A stretch of 64,000 bases of DNA from Synechococcus sp. (GTDB lineage: Bacteria > Cyanobacteriota > Cyanobacteriia > PCC-6307 > Cyanobiaceae). Position numbers and translations under genes: made by a program. Below the pieces are notes generated by a model that was not told the DNA's origin, ran no database searches, and saw nothing but the letters and a program-made list of their open reading frames with translations. The stretch lies in contig JBJBDC010000001.1 of the NCBI GenBank assembly GCA_047285535.1, positions 2,784,136 to 2,848,135 of the forward strand, in the 5' to 3' direction. Shown piece by piece: positions 21,264-32,516 of this stretch; the stretch's first letter is position 1; the number at the start of each line of letters is the position of its first letter.

Positions 21264-21277
21264 AAAACGTTCTGCTC

Positions 21278-21772
21278 TTATGCAGCGATTGGTACGGCAG
21301 GTATTCGCTCTGACCTCCCAATTGCTGCGGGAGTTTCCCTTAGAAAGCTGCGCATGGCATGACGACCAGCATCTAATGCCTCACACAGCACCTCACAGGC
21401 TTTATCAGGCATGGTGTGGTCACCACAGGTGAAAACATCCACGGCTGCATAGCCATTTTCTGGCCAGGTGTGGATTGAGATGTGGGATTCTGCCAACAGT
21501 GCCAGCCCTGTTACACCCTGTGGGTCGAAGCGGTGGGTGATGAGGTTTAGCAGTGTTGCGCCAGCACGTTTGGCTGCTGTTGTGATGGCGTTTCTCAGGA
21601 AGATTTCGTTATCAAGCTTTGAAGGATCGCAGTCATAAAGCTCGAGAATGCAGTGTTTCCCAACCATGTCGGTTGCACTGCTATTGGTCGCAATGGAGTT
21701 GAGGGCTTGGTTGGATTCTGTCTTGGTCCATCCCGGGTTGGGATGCAGGCTGGACAATGTCTGCTCCATCAA
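21278..21772 (-). CDS. speD: S-adenosylmethionine decarboxylase proenzyme
   Basis: [13 protein letters not shown] self-cleavage motif, DVFTCG. Confidence 0.92.
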   Translation of the reverse strand: MMEQTLSSLHPNPGWTKTESNQALNSIATNSSATDMVGKHCILELYDCDPSKLDNEIFLRNAITTAAKRAGATLLNLITHRFDPQGVTGLALLAESHISIHTWPENGYAAVDVFTCGDHTMPDKACEVLCEALDAGRHAMRSFLRETPAAIGRSERIPAVPIAA

Positions 21773-21799
21773 GATTTTTCAAGCAAATGGTTCGCGACC

Positions 21800-22918
21800 C
21801 TACCGTGATTCCGAGTCTGATCTCAAGGTGTCTGCATTGACAATCTGCGACTGCTCCCGCCAGCCTCCTTCAAATGCCTCGAGGTGAGTTGCACTTACTA
21901 GGCATTGATGATTTTCACCAACAGCCTCTAAGAGGGCAAGTTGACGCGCTGGATCGAGTTCTGCCAACACATCATCGAGCAGAAGCAGTGGAGGCTCACC
22001 ACAGAGCTCACCCACAAGTTGTAATTCCGCCATTTTCAAAGCCAGCACCAAGGTTCGTTGTTGGCCAGACGACCCGAATCGTCTGGCGACGGTCCCATTG
22101 ATTTGCATCGCGATCTCATCGCGATGAGGTCCAACCCTGCAGCTACCTAGGCGTTCCTCTTCTTTACGTTGATGGTGCAGTTGTTGTTCGATTGCAAGTC
22201 GCCAGGATTCTTCCGCTTCCTCTCCAATCAATGCACTGCCTGGGAGATAGCGCAGCTGGAGCTGCTCGTTTCCCTCACTCAGCCTTTCCTGCCAGACGGC
22301 GGCAAGAGGCTCCAAACGGGCAAGTGCACGGCGTCGTCTGCGATGAATCCGTGTGCTCACTAAAGCCATCTGGCTATCAAAGCTATCGAGGAGCAGTTGC
22401 GGTTCCATCGTTGAGGACAGGCCGCCACGTCGCCAGAACTGTGCTCGTTGTCGCATTAGGCGTCCGTAGCGACTGATGAGGTCTGCGTAAACAGGTTCTA
22501 GCTGAAGGACAACACGATCAAGCCATTGCCGGCGCAGGGCTGGCTCTCCTCTCACTAAATGGAGGTCAAGAGCGCTGAAGCCCACGCATCTCAGTGGACC
22601 AATGAGCTCAAGTTGTCTTTGTAGTGGTTTTCCATTGCGTTTCGCTTGGCGTCCGCCTTTTCGACGAAGCTCAAGTTCGAGCAACTCCTGATCCGCACAG
22701 GTTGCCTTGAGCAGAGCACGGTTGGCATCCCAGTGAATTAAATCACCATCTTGATTGGAGCGATGGGAACGCAGGCTGCCGAGTAGCTCCACCGATTCGA
22801 GCAGATTGGACTTGCCGACACCGTTGCTGCCGATCACCAACAGTCGCTTGGCTTCAATGTCCAGCTGCAGGTGACTGTGGTTGCGAAAGCCCTGCAGTTG
22901 AAGCTTGAGAAGCCGAAT
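21800..22918 (-). CDS. recF: DNA replication/repair protein RecF (probable ATT start)
   Basis: [26 protein letters not shown]; reading frame extends upstream to [13 protein letters not shown]. Confidence 0.93.
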   Translation of the reverse strand: MRLLKLQLQGFRNHSHLQLDIEAKRLLVIGSNGVGKSNLLESVELLGSLRSHRSNQDGDLIHWDANRALLKATCADQELLELELRRKGGRQAKRNGKPLQRQLELIGPLRCVGFSALDLHLVRGEPALRRQWLDRVVLQLEPVYADLISRYGRLMRQRAQFWRRGGLSSTMEPQLLLDSFDSQMALVSTRIHRRRRRALARLEPLAAVWQERLSEGNEQLQLRYLPGSALIGEEAEESWRLAIEQQLHHQRKEEERLGSCRVGPHRDEIAMQINGTVARRFGSSGQQRTLVLALKMAELQLVGELCGEPPLLLLDDVLAELDPARQLALLEAVGENHQCLVSATHLEAFEGGWREQSQIVNADTLRSDSESR

Positions 22919-23001
22919 CGGTCCAAAGGCGACGTGTCGCTAAGGTACTTGGATCGGCTGGTTTTGCCGATCAATACCGGCAGCTGTTCTGGCAGCGGCA
23001 G

Positions 23002-23075
23002 GGGCATGTAGCTCAGTTGGATAGAGCATCAGATTCCGGTTCTGAGGGTCGGGGGTTCGAGTCCCTCCATGCTCG
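23002..23075 (+). tRNA. tRNA-Arg (anticodon CCG)
   Basis: GGGCATG...CATGCTC acceptor stem, TCAGA-TT-CCG-GT-TCTGA anticodon arm. Confidence 0.97.
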
Positions 23076-23096
23076 TCACAGATCAGGCTCCATCCG

Positions 23097-23558
23097 CTAG
23101 CGGAGCCTCAAGCCCATGGCGCGAATCCCTCCAGGGTCCAAAATAAAGCCACGCTTTTTCAAGGCATCAAACGCAATTCCAGGTGCGGAGATGGAGATAC
23201 TGCATCCTGGCAATTCTTTTTTTAAGCGTGCAAGTGAGTGATGAACCAAGGCGTTCACGATTGAGTCTTGATCTTGACCAGGTTGCGCGGCCAGATTCCA
23301 GAGGTTGGCATTCAGTGCGAGGTCGCTCGTTGCTCGAATGAATCCAGCCAAGGAGTTAGTGCGCTCATCGATGATGCTGAGATGCCAGAGGCTGCGGTTC
23401 AGTGCTAACGACCAACGTTCCACAGGATGAGCGGTCTCACCGCAGGAAGTCAGCAGGCTGTTGATGGCCTTACCACTTGGATTGGGCTGTGCCTGCATCC
23501 GATAGTGGGAAGGCAGTCTGGGTGCCGTGGCCTGCTGTCGAAAAGGAAGCGGTGACAC
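23097..23558 (-). CDS. GNAT-like N-acetyltransferase
   Basis: GFIRATSD..LNANLW, GFILDPGGIRAM, resembling cyanobacterial Ycf52-type GNATs. Confidence 0.7.
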   Translation of the reverse strand: MSPLPFRQQATAPRLPSHYRMQAQPNPSGKAINSLLTSCGETAHPVERWSLALNRSLWHLSIIDERTNSLAGFIRATSDLALNANLWNLAAQPGQDQDSIVNALVHHSLARLKKELPGCSISISAPGIAFDALKKRGFILDPGGIRAMGLRLR

Positions 23559-26500
23559 TCAGCCTGTATTGCGCATGCCTGCAGCAATTCCATTAATAGT
23601 CAGCAGTGCGCCTCGTAAGAGCTCGCTGCGGCTGTAGGTGCGTCCATCTCCATGACTGCTGGGCGATTCGCTCATGGGTGGTTGACGGTTTTGATCTCTA
23701 AGCCTGCGCAACAAAGCGACTTGTAAAAAACCAAGCGGAACAATGGTTCGATTGCGTAGATCAACCGAGAGTCGCAGAGCTGGATCAGCTTCAAGAAGTC
23801 TTTCCTGGCCTGTAATCGCCAATACAAGCTCCTTGGTTCTTGCGTATTCCTCAGCCACCGTGTCGTAGATCGTTTCAAAGGCGGCGTGGTGCTCTGCTCC
23901 GCCCAAACTTGTGACGTAATGACGTGCAAGATCGAGATCCACTTTCGAGAGGGTCATCTCCACTTTGGAGATCAACATACGGAAGAAGGGCCAGCGTTGA
24001 TGCAAAGTGCGCAACAACGAGAGTTGGTCTGGATCTGATTCAAGCTCTTCACTCAGGGCCGAGCCAACCCCAAACCAGCTTGGGAGAAGAAAACGACTTT
24101 GAGTCCATCCGAAAACCCAAGGGATCGCCCTGAGGCTCGAAAGATCACGAGCACCAGATTTTCTCCGGGCTGGTCGGCTGGAGATCTGTAGCTTGCTGAT
24201 TTCTTCAATGGGGGTGACCTGTTGGAAAAAAGCCACCAGATCAGGGTTGTCATGTACCAAGGCTCGGTAATGGCGGCGTGAGCTTTTGGCGAGCCTCGAC
24301 ATCAGTTCATTCCAGTTTGGTGTTGCATCGAGTTGGTTGGTTACAAGACTGTTTTGTATGACAGCGGTCGTAACCGTCTCAAGGTTGTACAAAGCAAGCT
24401 CTGGCAGGCTGTACTTCGAAGCCAAAACTTCTCCTTGTTCCGTGATTTTGATCCGTCCCTGAAGCGTGCCACTGGGCTGAGCCAAAATCGCTTGATAAGC
24501 AGGACCACCGCCTCGCCCTACTGAGCCACCACGACCGTGGAAAAGTCGAAGGGCAATGCCCTGACGAGAAGCTAAGTCTTGCAAGGCGATCTGGGCCTGA
24601 TGTATCTCCCAATTGCTGGATAAAAATCCCGAATCTTTGTTGCTATCTGAATAACCAAGCATGAGCTCTTGCAAGAGCAGCCCCTGGGTGCCGACCTTTG
24701 GAAGCAGATCTCTATATAGAGGGGTTTGGAACAGTTGTTCCATGACCTCAGGTGCCCTCTGGAGGTCTTCAACGGTTTCAAATAACGGAACAACTAAGAG
24801 GTCTGCGTGGTGGGCTGATGGATCAACCAATCCTGCTTCTTTTGCGAGCAGCAGCACTTCGAGCAAGTCGGAGACGCTGTGACTCATCGAGATCACGTAA
24901 GTGCCGCAAATACGACTTCCGAATTCATCCTGCAATCGGTGCAGCATGCGGAACACGTCCACCGTTTCAGCCGTGGCTTCAGACCAGCTCACAGCAGGTG
25001 GAATTAATGGACGACGGGTCTGCAGTTCCTCCATCAACCAGGCCACACGCTCCGGCTCTTCCATCGCTCCGTAGGCACGCTCTGGATTGATGTAACGGCT
25101 TAGTTCGTCCAGAGCATCACTATGACGAGTGCTTTCTTGTCGAATATCTAGACCTGCAAGCGAAAATCCGAAAATGTGCACTTGTGTGATCAGAGTATCG
25201 AGAGTTTCACAACTCAGATTTGTGTTGACCAGGCTGGTTCTGATGAGCTCAAGTTCGCTGCGGAATTCGGCAATAGACCCGTAGTGGAGGGGATCACCAG
25301 GGGGATGCCCGGGTGCACAGGACGGCAAGCCTTCGGGAGGTGTTCGCCACCCTGCTTCAGCCAACTGCTGATTGCGCAACTGGGTAAGACGTAGCCGTTC
25401 AAGCATGAAACTGAGCTTGAGCCGATAAGGCTCCAGTCGGTATCGGGTGGCTCGCTCTTCATAGACTTCTGGGAAGCGCAATCGGTCCATTTCCAAAGAC
25501 TCGAGCAGAGGCGCACTCACTTGGCTCCATTGCATGGAAATGCTGAGCTGATTGCGGAGGTGCTGAACGGCATTTACATACCGATCAATCATTAACTGGC
25601 GTTGATAACAGGCCGTTCGCCAGGTGATTTCAGTTGTGACAGAGGGGTTTCCATCCCTGTCGGAGCCCACCCATGATCCAAACGTGCAAAACGATGGGGA
25701 AGGCACTTTGACGTCGGGATAGCTTGCCGCGAGGGACGTGATGATCCTTCTTCGCAACTGCGGCATTGCATTGAAGAGCACCTGCTGGAAATAATGCAGG
25801 GCATAGTCCACTTCATCTAAAACCGATGGTTTGAATTGATGGAGCTCATCGGTTCGCCACCACAGCCGGATCTCTTCTTCGAGCTGCAGTCGCACGTTGT
25901 CAACGACGCCTGATGCAGACAGCGGCTGTGTTTCAAGTTGCTGGAGGAGGCTGGCGACGCGTCTCTGTTTATGACGGACGGTATGACGGACGATCTCTGT
26001 GGGATGAGCTGTGAAGACCAAGCGGATGTCTAGTTCTTGAAGAAGGGACTCAAGCTGGGCAGGCGGGACGTTGAGGCGTCTCAGTCGTTCAAAGAGTTCT
26101 CTGAAGGTGGCGGGTTCGGTCTGCGTGGCCAGAGGTGGTGCAAAGGGATCAACCTTCTCTGCGTGTTCCTGGGATCGATTAATACTTTCGAGATACGTGT
26201 CTTCTTCGATCCGTTGCTCAAGGATATTGACCAGCTGGAAATACAGCGAAAATGCCCTGGCTGCAGCGATAGCTTCAGCAAGATCCATTCCGCGAATCAG
26301 ATCAACGAGTGCGTCAGTCCCTGGTGAATGCTTGCCAGGGAGTACCGGATCACTGAGCTGCTTCATTCGCAGCAATCGCTCTGCCTGCTCAGGGGGACAT
26401 TCGCTTCGCAGAACGGTTTGCCATAGGTCCTCAACAAGGGCTAAGCGTTGTTGCAGGAGTTGACCATTACCAGCTTCATTTCCTTCAGCCCTGGGCTGTG

Positions 26501-26570
26501 TGCTCTCAGGAATAAGAGCTGAGGACGAAAGCATCGATGGGAGACCGCTATCAGATTGAGACATGATCAT
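23559..26570 (-). CDS. ppc: Phosphoenolpyruvate carboxylase
   Basis: [42 protein letters not shown]. Confidence 0.99.
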   Translation of the reverse strand: MIMSQSDSGLPSMLSSSALIPESTQPRAEGNEAGNGQLLQQRLALVEDLWQTVLRSECPPEQAERLLRMKQLSDPVLPGKHSPGTDALVDLIRGMDLAEAIAAARAFSLYFQLVNILEQRIEEDTYLESINRSQEHAEKVDPFAPPLATQTEPATFRELFERLRRLNVPPAQLESLLQELDIRLVFTAHPTEIVRHTVRHKQRRVASLLQQLETQPLSASGVVDNVRLQLEEEIRLWWRTDELHQFKPSVLDEVDYALHYFQQVLFNAMPQLRRRIITSLAASYPDVKVPSPSFCTFGSWVGSDRDGNPSVTTEITWRTACYQRQLMIDRYVNAVQHLRNQLSISMQWSQVSAPLLESLEMDRLRFPEVYEERATRYRLEPYRLKLSFMLERLRLTQLRNQQLAEAGWRTPPEGLPSCAPGHPPGDPLHYGSIAEFRSELELIRTSLVNTNLSCETLDTLITQVHIFGFSLAGLDIRQESTRHSDALDELSRYINPERAYGAMEEPERVAWLMEELQTRRPLIPPAVSWSEATAETVDVFRMLHRLQDEFGSRICGTYVISMSHSVSDLLEVLLLAKEAGLVDPSAHHADLLVVPLFETVEDLQRAPEVMEQLFQTPLYRDLLPKVGTQGLLLQELMLGYSDSNKDSGFLSSNWEIHQAQIALQDLASRQGIALRLFHGRGGSVGRGGGPAYQAILAQPSGTLQGRIKITEQGEVLASKYSLPELALYNLETVTTAVIQNSLVTNQLDATPNWNELMSRLAKSSRRHYRALVHDNPDLVAFFQQVTPIEEISKLQISSRPARRKSGARDLSSLRAIPWVFGWTQSRFLLPSWFGVGSALSEELESDPDQLSLLRTLHQRWPFFRMLISKVEMTLSKVDLDLARHYVTSLGGAEHHAAFETIYDTVAEEYARTKELVLAITGQERLLEADPALRLSVDLRNRTIVPLGFLQVALLRRLRDQNRQPPMSESPSSHGDGRTYSRSELLRGALLTINGIAAGMRNTG

Positions 26571-27712
26571 CCCAAAGCGTCAGCTAGCGGTCGGTCGCTG
26601 GGCTGTTCTTCCAGCTCCATGTCGATGATTCCAGTGCGGAATTCAGCTTCAAGGCTCCCACCTTGGGAGATCCCCTGGAGCCAGCGCATGGCTTGGTTCC
26701 CTTCCTTGAGCACCGATTCAAGAGGGAGTAAGAGAGTTGTTAGTTCCAATTCGTGGGCCAAAGGCAGCACGGTGTTGATCAGTTCCCTTAGCCATTCACG
26801 ACAGAGTCTTGGCCGACCATCACGCCAGTCTTGCAAGTGTGCATCGAGGCTTTGTTTGGCAGCAGCGACGTCATTGGAATCGCTGAGGTTCATCAGCTGT
26901 TCAGCATCCAGGCAGCTCGCCTTGAACGGGTCGAGTTGATCGGGATCTTGAAGCAACATCTGCACACGTAGTTCTAAGAGTGCGGTAATCGCCAGGAGTA
27001 GATCAGGGTTGGTGACCAGATCGCAGATGCGCAGCTCAAGTCGATTGAGATCAAAGGGACGTTTAGGTCCATTGGGACGCACAGATGTCCAGAGATGACG
27101 AACGTTGTGCATGTTCCCTTCTAGGAGTTGGCTATCGGTCCATGTGATGAAATGCTCAAGATCGCGAAACAGCGGGACTTGTTCTGGGGTCAATGGAAAC
27201 TGCAGCCAGCGCTGTGAGTGTGCGCCGGAGATCTGGCCGCTTAGAAAGGGAGAACTGGCACTGAGTGCAAGCAGCAAAGCGGCTTCACAACGCACAAGTC
27301 GTAGTGCACGAAAGAGATCTGTTGGTTCCCTGATCCCTAGGTTGATATGGATGCTCGCGGTCACCACAGAGGTTCCATAAGTGGCTTCGATCAGGTCGTG
27401 ATAAGCGTCGTCTGGGTTTGATCGTTCAAAGCGACTGGCATCGCCCAGAGTGAGAGTGCTTCCAGGGAGCAAGGTGAGATCGCGTTCTGCGAGCCATCTG
27501 CGTAGGCGGCGGCGAGGAGCCAGAAGGGCTTCCTTGAGTTTTCGGTAGTCGGATTCGGGTTCCGTGATGTATTCCAGGTTGCGGTGGTCGGGTTCAACGC
27601 AGAACTCAGAGAGTTCTTGTTTGACCAACTCCGCCACACCAACATTTTCTCCAGTGTGCCGTCCTGTGAACAGTTCCACTTCAAAGCCCTTGAGCATCAG
27701 GGTTTGGATCAT
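26567..27712 (-). CDS. gshA: Glutamate-cysteine ligase (cyanobacterial type)
   Basis: [34 protein letters not shown]. Confidence 0.9.
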   Translation of the reverse strand: MIQTLMLKGFEVELFTGRHTGENVGVAELVKQELSEFCVEPDHRNLEYITEPESDYRKLKEALLAPRRRLRRWLAERDLTLLPGSTLTLGDASRFERSNPDDAYHDLIEATYGTSVVTASIHINLGIREPTDLFRALRLVRCEAALLLALSASSPFLSGQISGAHSQRWLQFPLTPEQVPLFRDLEHFITWTDSQLLEGNMHNVRHLWTSVRPNGPKRPFDLNRLELRICDLVTNPDLLLAITALLELRVQMLLQDPDQLDPFKASCLDAEQLMNLSDSNDVAAAKQSLDAHLQDWRDGRPRLCREWLRELINTVLPLAHELELTTLLLPLESVLKEGNQAMRWLQGISQGGSLEAEFRTGIIDMELEEQPSDRPLADALG

Positions 27713-29244
27713 GAAACTGGCTCCTCAAGGCAAGCGAGAGCGGTAAGCATGCCTCGGGCTTTGTTCAGCGTTTCTTGATACTCAGCTTTTGGTTCGGAGT
27801 CAGCAACCACGCCTGCGCCTGCTTGGACTTGGATCCGCCAACCCCCATCTGGGTGCGGTCGCACCACCATGGTTCGAATCGTGATGGCAGTGTTAATCGC
27901 TCCTGCCAGATCCACGGAACCGTAGACGCCGGAGTAGGGCCCACGAGCATCAGGCTCCAGCTGATGAATGAGCTGCATAGCTCTAATTTTGGGGGCTCCA
28001 CTCACGGTTCCCGCTGGAAACGATGCTTTCAGCAGGTCCCAGATGTCTCGACCTTGAGCTAATCGGCCCTCAACCTGACTGACGATGTGCATCACATGGG
28101 AGTAACGCTCGATCACCATCAGCTCCTTGACATCGACTGTGCCAGCGGCACAAACCCTGCCGAGATCATTGCGGCCAAGGTCCACCAACATCACATGTTC
28201 TGCGCGCTCTTTGGGGTCTGCCAGGAGATCAGCTTCGAAATTCCGATCTTCCAGCTCCGTGCGTCCTCTTGGGCGTGTGCCAGCGATGGGTCTCAGGCTT
28301 GCGCGAATGCCTCCCTGATCGGGTTCCGCCTTGACCATGACCTCGGGGCTTGAACCGATCAAATACCAGTCTCCGAAATCGAAAAACGCCATATAGGGGG
28401 ATGGATTCACCATCCTCAAGCTTCGGTAGATGTCTAAAGGTGGCTGGGAGGCGTGAGTTTCCAGTCTTTGACTAATAACAAGTTGGAAGGCGTCTCCTGC
28501 GGAAATGTGTTCTTGAGCCGTGACGACGGCTTGCTCAAAATTTTCAGGAGAACGATTGCTTTCTGTTTTGGGTGGGTTGTCTGCCTCAGGCTTCCAGCGC
28601 AATGGATGAACCTGGGGTAGTGGTGATGCCATCCTGTTTTCGAGCTCCAGGATTCGACCTATCGCTGAGTCCCACGCTTCATCTGGGGTGTTGTGGGTCC
28701 CTGCCCTTGCATGGCTCAGATCTCCATAGGCCACAGCGGTGATGAGACGTTTCACCTGATCGATGATCAAGATGCTGTCCATCAACATCCAAATGCCGTC
28801 AGGCGGGTCGGAGGAAGCAGTGGCATGAACGGGAACAGTTGGTTCAATCCAGTGGATTAGCTCATATCCCCAGATCCCATACAACTGTCCAAGGGGTGGA
28901 AGTCCTGGAAGTGAAACAGGTTTGTAGGCATCCGTGCACTCACGCAGAACGTCGAGAGGATTGCCATGAAAGATCTCTTCATGACCATCACGCCAGCGTC
29001 GGGTGAGCGCTTGGCCCCTGGCGAAGAGCGTCCAAAGAGGATCACATGCGATCACACTCCACCGTCCAAGGTTCTCCCCACCCTCAACCGATTCGAGTAA
29101 GACCCCAGGTGGATGGCCTTGGCCTGCCTTGATCCAGGTGGTGAGAGGAGTTTCTAAATCAGCTGGCCAGCTATGGGCTACCGGGATAAAGGTGGCACCA
29201 CAGCGAGCTGCTTCAAGAAAGGCGGAGCGGTCGGGGCTGATCAT
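27709..29244 (-). CDS. trpE: Anthranilate synthase component I
   Basis: LLESVEGG, NPSPYM, PIAGTRPRG, EHVMLVDLGRND, GAPKIRAM. Confidence 0.95.
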   Translation of the reverse strand: MISPDRSAFLEAARCGATFIPVAHSWPADLETPLTTWIKAGQGHPPGVLLESVEGGENLGRWSVIACDPLWTLFARGQALTRRWRDGHEEIFHGNPLDVLRECTDAYKPVSLPGLPPLGQLYGIWGYELIHWIEPTVPVHATASSDPPDGIWMLMDSILIIDQVKRLITAVAYGDLSHARAGTHNTPDEAWDSAIGRILELENRMASPLPQVHPLRWKPEADNPPKTESNRSPENFEQAVVTAQEHISAGDAFQLVISQRLETHASQPPLDIYRSLRMVNPSPYMAFFDFGDWYLIGSSPEVMVKAEPDQGGIRASLRPIAGTRPRGRTELEDRNFEADLLADPKERAEHVMLVDLGRNDLGRVCAAGTVDVKELMVIERYSHVMHIVSQVEGRLAQGRDIWDLLKASFPAGTVSGAPKIRAMQLIHQLEPDARGPYSGVYGSVDLAGAINTAITIRTMVVRPHPDGGWRIQVQAGAGVVADSEPKAEYQETLNKARGMLTALACLEEPVS

Positions 29245-29291
29245 GAAGTGATTGTCGCGACCGACCGCTGGGCATTATGGCCAAACGCTGA

Positions 29292-29723
29292 TCAGGAATC
29301 GAATGTGTTGCGGTCGCTGAATTTGATTTTCGCAGGATTGGTGTTGGCTCCAATGCTTCTAGGGTTGTGACCGACCATGGCCCTGCCTTCATTGACTTTT
29401 TCAGGGAACACTCCATCTGCAGGGTGGAGGAACTCAGTATCTCCTCCAGGGAAGATTCGGTAGATCTTGAAGTCCTCGATGCGAGGCTTGAATTTGGTGC
29501 GAAGTTGAGTGCCCAAGGCAAGACACTGCTCTTTACGGGCGAAATACATAATATTTTCGCCAGAAGACATCATTGCGGCTCCGCCAGTGGGGAGCTCGAA
29601 AGCCTGATCGGTTGTGCTGGTCCAGGTGATGGCGTACTTCTCCTCGGTTTCAGAGGAATTGAGCAGGCCTCCGGTGCTGCCGATGTGTTGGGGGAGCTGA
29701 CCCTTTAAGGCGGATGCTGTCAT
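29292..29723 (-). CDS. psaD: Photosystem I subunit II
   Basis: [32 protein letters not shown]. Confidence 0.98.
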   Translation of the reverse strand: MTASALKGQLPQHIGSTGGLLNSSETEEKYAITWTSTTDQAFELPTGGAAMMSSGENIMYFARKEQCLALGTQLRTKFKPRIEDFKIYRIFPGGDTEFLHPADGVFPEKVNEGRAMVGHNPRSIGANTNPAKIKFSDRNTFDS

Positions 29724-29816
29724 AGCTGTCCTCGGAATTCGGCATACCGTGATGCTGAAAAATTAGCATTGAGCTTCCTCTCTGATCGCTCTTCTGGCCT
29801 GGAAACTTCACACCCG

Positions 29817-31238
29817 TCAACAATGGGGGGCTAAGGGGAAAAAGACTGTCAGACCACGATCCCGTCGCTGAGTGAGTCGACCGCCTAGTCGTGCTAAAAG
29901 GCGTCGAGTAGCAGTTTGACTCAGCTGCAAACTGCCCGTGTCTGGATTCCAGCTCAGCACAGGCCCCAGTTGGGCGATTGGTTCTGGACTCATGCCCCCC
30001 TCACCTCGTTCTGCTGGACTTTGGCCATGCAGTTGCAGTTTCAGGCGGGCTCCTGCCGGTTGAAGCGTCAGGACTAGCTGACTCCCACTGGGTAGTCCTC
30101 GACTGCAACGATCTACGAGGCCTCCGAGCATCGGTTCGAGACGACTCGGATCGCTGAGCACAGATGGCAAGCTGCTGGCGATCAAAAGGTTGAGCTCGAT
30201 TCCACGCCGCTGGAGCTGTTGCTCCCAGGAGGGCGTCAAATGATTGATCATGCTGCCAAGATCAGTCTGAGCAAGGACGGATGGACTCTCTGGTTGGCGT
30301 TGCAGCTCTGCCGCCTGAAAGATCAGGCCAAACCGGTCAATTTGTTCACTGCACTCCGTATCGATAAGCCTCAGCCGGTTGAGGGCTGTTTCAGGTATGT
30401 CATTTCGCCTCAACAAGGAGCGGATCAGAGTACGGATGGTGGCTAGTGGTGTTCGCACTTCATGGGCGATGGCCTCGAGCAGGGAGAGCTCTTCATCGGC
30501 CTTGCTGGCCACAGAACCCAGCTCCTTCGCTTCATGTTCCTTTCGTTTTTGATGAGTGCTGTTGAGCGGTGCTGATAGCGACGCTTTTAAGGTGACAGTT
30601 GGTGCCATTCCAGCAAGTCGCTCGGCCAGGCTTGGCCAGAACGTTTGTCCAAACGCACTGCTGCTTTCAAGTGGACCGAGTGCTTCTAAGGCTCGATGGA
30701 GAGCCAGCGCTTGCTCTGGAGAATCACAATGAAGTCTCTGTTCGATGATCCCCAGAACGGCGCTTAACGTTTCAGGCTCACTGCGCATGAGCAGCTGTCG
30801 CTGGTTTTGATTGCCATGAAGCGCCAAAGCGACTTGCATCTGGGATGTGATGACAACTAGTAGTGGGTCATGGCTGTCCTCCTCGTGCAGCGGAAGTTGT
30901 CTGAAGGATGCTGGGTGGGCATCGTTGTTCTTTCCCCCATGATTCAGGTTGGGTCGTAACAAATCTGGAGGGAGAAGACTTGTGCTTGGGGACGTCAAAG
31001 CTCCCAGTGCCTTCGGAGCCCAAACCCATCCCTGAAGGCTGTTCAAAAGTTGTGGTGAATAAAGAGCTGGTAATGGGGCTGCCAGCCAAACTCCTGATGG
31101 TGCCTTGTCGTTGTTTAGGAGTGTCTCTTGCAGGGTCTCAAGGGCAGCCCACCACATTCTTCGTGCGGTGGAGTCGTCGGATCCTCCCGCGCTCACTCCA
31201 TCTGCCATCCTTTGGTGAATGCTCTGGAGCAACATCAC
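29817..31238 (-). CDS. Sensor histidine kinase, Hik2-like
   Basis: H-box HEVRTPL, degenerate HATPase with NPDTGSLQLS; lies between rodA and psaD. Confidence 0.85.
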   Translation of the reverse strand: MMLLQSIHQRMADGVSAGGSDDSTARRMWWAALETLQETLLNNDKAPSGVWLAAPLPALYSPQLLNSLQGWVWAPKALGALTSPSTSLLPPDLLRPNLNHGGKNNDAHPASFRQLPLHEEDSHDPLLVVITSQMQVALALHGNQNQRQLLMRSEPETLSAVLGIIEQRLHCDSPEQALALHRALEALGPLESSSAFGQTFWPSLAERLAGMAPTVTLKASLSAPLNSTHQKRKEHEAKELGSVASKADEELSLLEAIAHEVRTPLATIRTLIRSLLRRNDIPETALNRLRLIDTECSEQIDRFGLIFQAAELQRQPESPSVLAQTDLGSMINHLTPSWEQQLQRRGIELNLLIASSLPSVLSDPSRLEPMLGGLVDRCSRGLPSGSQLVLTLQPAGARLKLQLHGQSPAERGEGGMSPEPIAQLGPVLSWNPDTGSLQLSQTATRRLLARLGGRLTQRRDRGLTVFFPLAPHC

Positions 31239-31242
31239 TGAG

Positions 31243-32514
31243 TCATCGTTTCAGGGACCTTTTGGAGCGCTTGGAGACGGAAAGACAAAGGCCTAAAGCG
31301 AGAAAATTAACGACCATTGCACTGCGCCCGTAACTCATGAAAGGAAGAGGTATTCCGGTTACTGGTCCCAATCCAATTGTCATGAAGATGTTCACTACGA
31401 CCTGGAACATCAACATCGTGGCAACACCAATCACCACAAGCGATTCGAAATCGGAACGACTTTGGCCTGCGACCTGAAGGAGTCGACCCATCAACAGTGC
31501 AAATCCCAGAACCACTAAAACCGTTCCTACAAAGCCAGTCTCTTCTCCAAGAGCGCTGAAAATGAAGTCCGTATGTTGTTCGGGGATGAAGCGCAATTTC
31601 GTGAGTTGCCCCTGCAGTAGTCCCATCCCGATCCATCCACCCGATCCGATGCCTACCGTGCTTTGCAGCAAGTGGTAACCGCCTCCGAGCGGATCTTTTG
31701 TGGGATCCAGAAACAGAACGAGGCGATCACGCTGGTAGTCCTGTAAACCATGCATCCACATCCAAGGTGTGACGAGGGCTACGGCTGATTGAACGATCAT
31801 CACCAAGCCGATGGCCACTCGTTTCCAGGGCAAAGATCGGTAGGCAATGATCATCGTGACTGGAATCCACATGGCAAGACCCCATGGGCACATTCCAGCG
31901 AGTAAAGCCGTAGTCAGTGGTGAGAGCAGCAGAAACAGCCACTCAATTGGCATGCCTGACCAATAGAGCATTGTGAGTAGCAGCGCACCAAAAACCAAAG
32001 AGGTTCCGAGGTCGGGCTGGATGAATACCAGCAACCATGGAATAGAGATAATTCCCAACGGTCGAAGTAGATCGACCGGTCTTTCAACAGGGTGTCGATC
32101 GAGAACCGCCGCTAACAGAAGAATGGCAGATAATTTTGCAAACTCAGACGGTTGTACGTGCACCCCACCGATGCTGATCCAGCGCTGAGCCCCAAGAGCG
32201 GTTGTGCCAATCAGGCGTACGGCCACCAGGCTGATCACCGTCATTGCATAAATTGGCATCAGCAGAGGTTTGAGCCTCAACAAAGAAATTCTGGCTGTCA
32301 CCAGAGCAATGACGATGCCGAACCCTGCAGTGATCCAGTGGTGATACCAGTCGGCATAATCAGCTTGGCGCTGGGTGCTGGCGATCAATAGTCCTGCGAC
32401 GATGATCATGGCTAAAGGGATTCCCCAAAGCACGGGTTCGTTGAGCGTCCATTTCTTTCGTCGCCGGTTGCGGGCGAAAAGACTGTGCTGATGACTCACC
32501 CCCCCAAGTCTCAT
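31243..32514 (-). CDS. rodA: Rod shape-determining protein RodA (SEDS)
   Basis: GAQRW, QPSEFAK, QPDLGT, PEQHTDFIF, PFMSYG. Confidence 0.95.
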   Translation of the reverse strand: MRLGGVSHQHSLFARNRRRKKWTLNEPVLWGIPLAMIIVAGLLIASTQRQADYADWYHHWITAGFGIVIALVTARISLLRLKPLLMPIYAMTVISLVAVRLIGTTALGAQRWISIGGVHVQPSEFAKLSAILLLAAVLDRHPVERPVDLLRPLGIISIPWLLVFIQPDLGTSLVFGALLLTMLYWSGMPIEWLFLLLSPLTTALLAGMCPWGLAMWIPVTMIIAYRSLPWKRVAIGLVMIVQSAVALVTPWMWMHGLQDYQRDRLVLFLDPTKDPLGGGYHLLQSTVGIGSGGWIGMGLLQGQLTKLRFIPEQHTDFIFSALGEETGFVGTVLVVLGFALLMGRLLQVAGQSRSDFESLVVIGVATMLMFQVVVNIFMTIGLGPVTGIPLPFMSYGRSAMVVNFLALGLCLSVSKRSKRSLKR

Positions 32515-32516
32515 AG

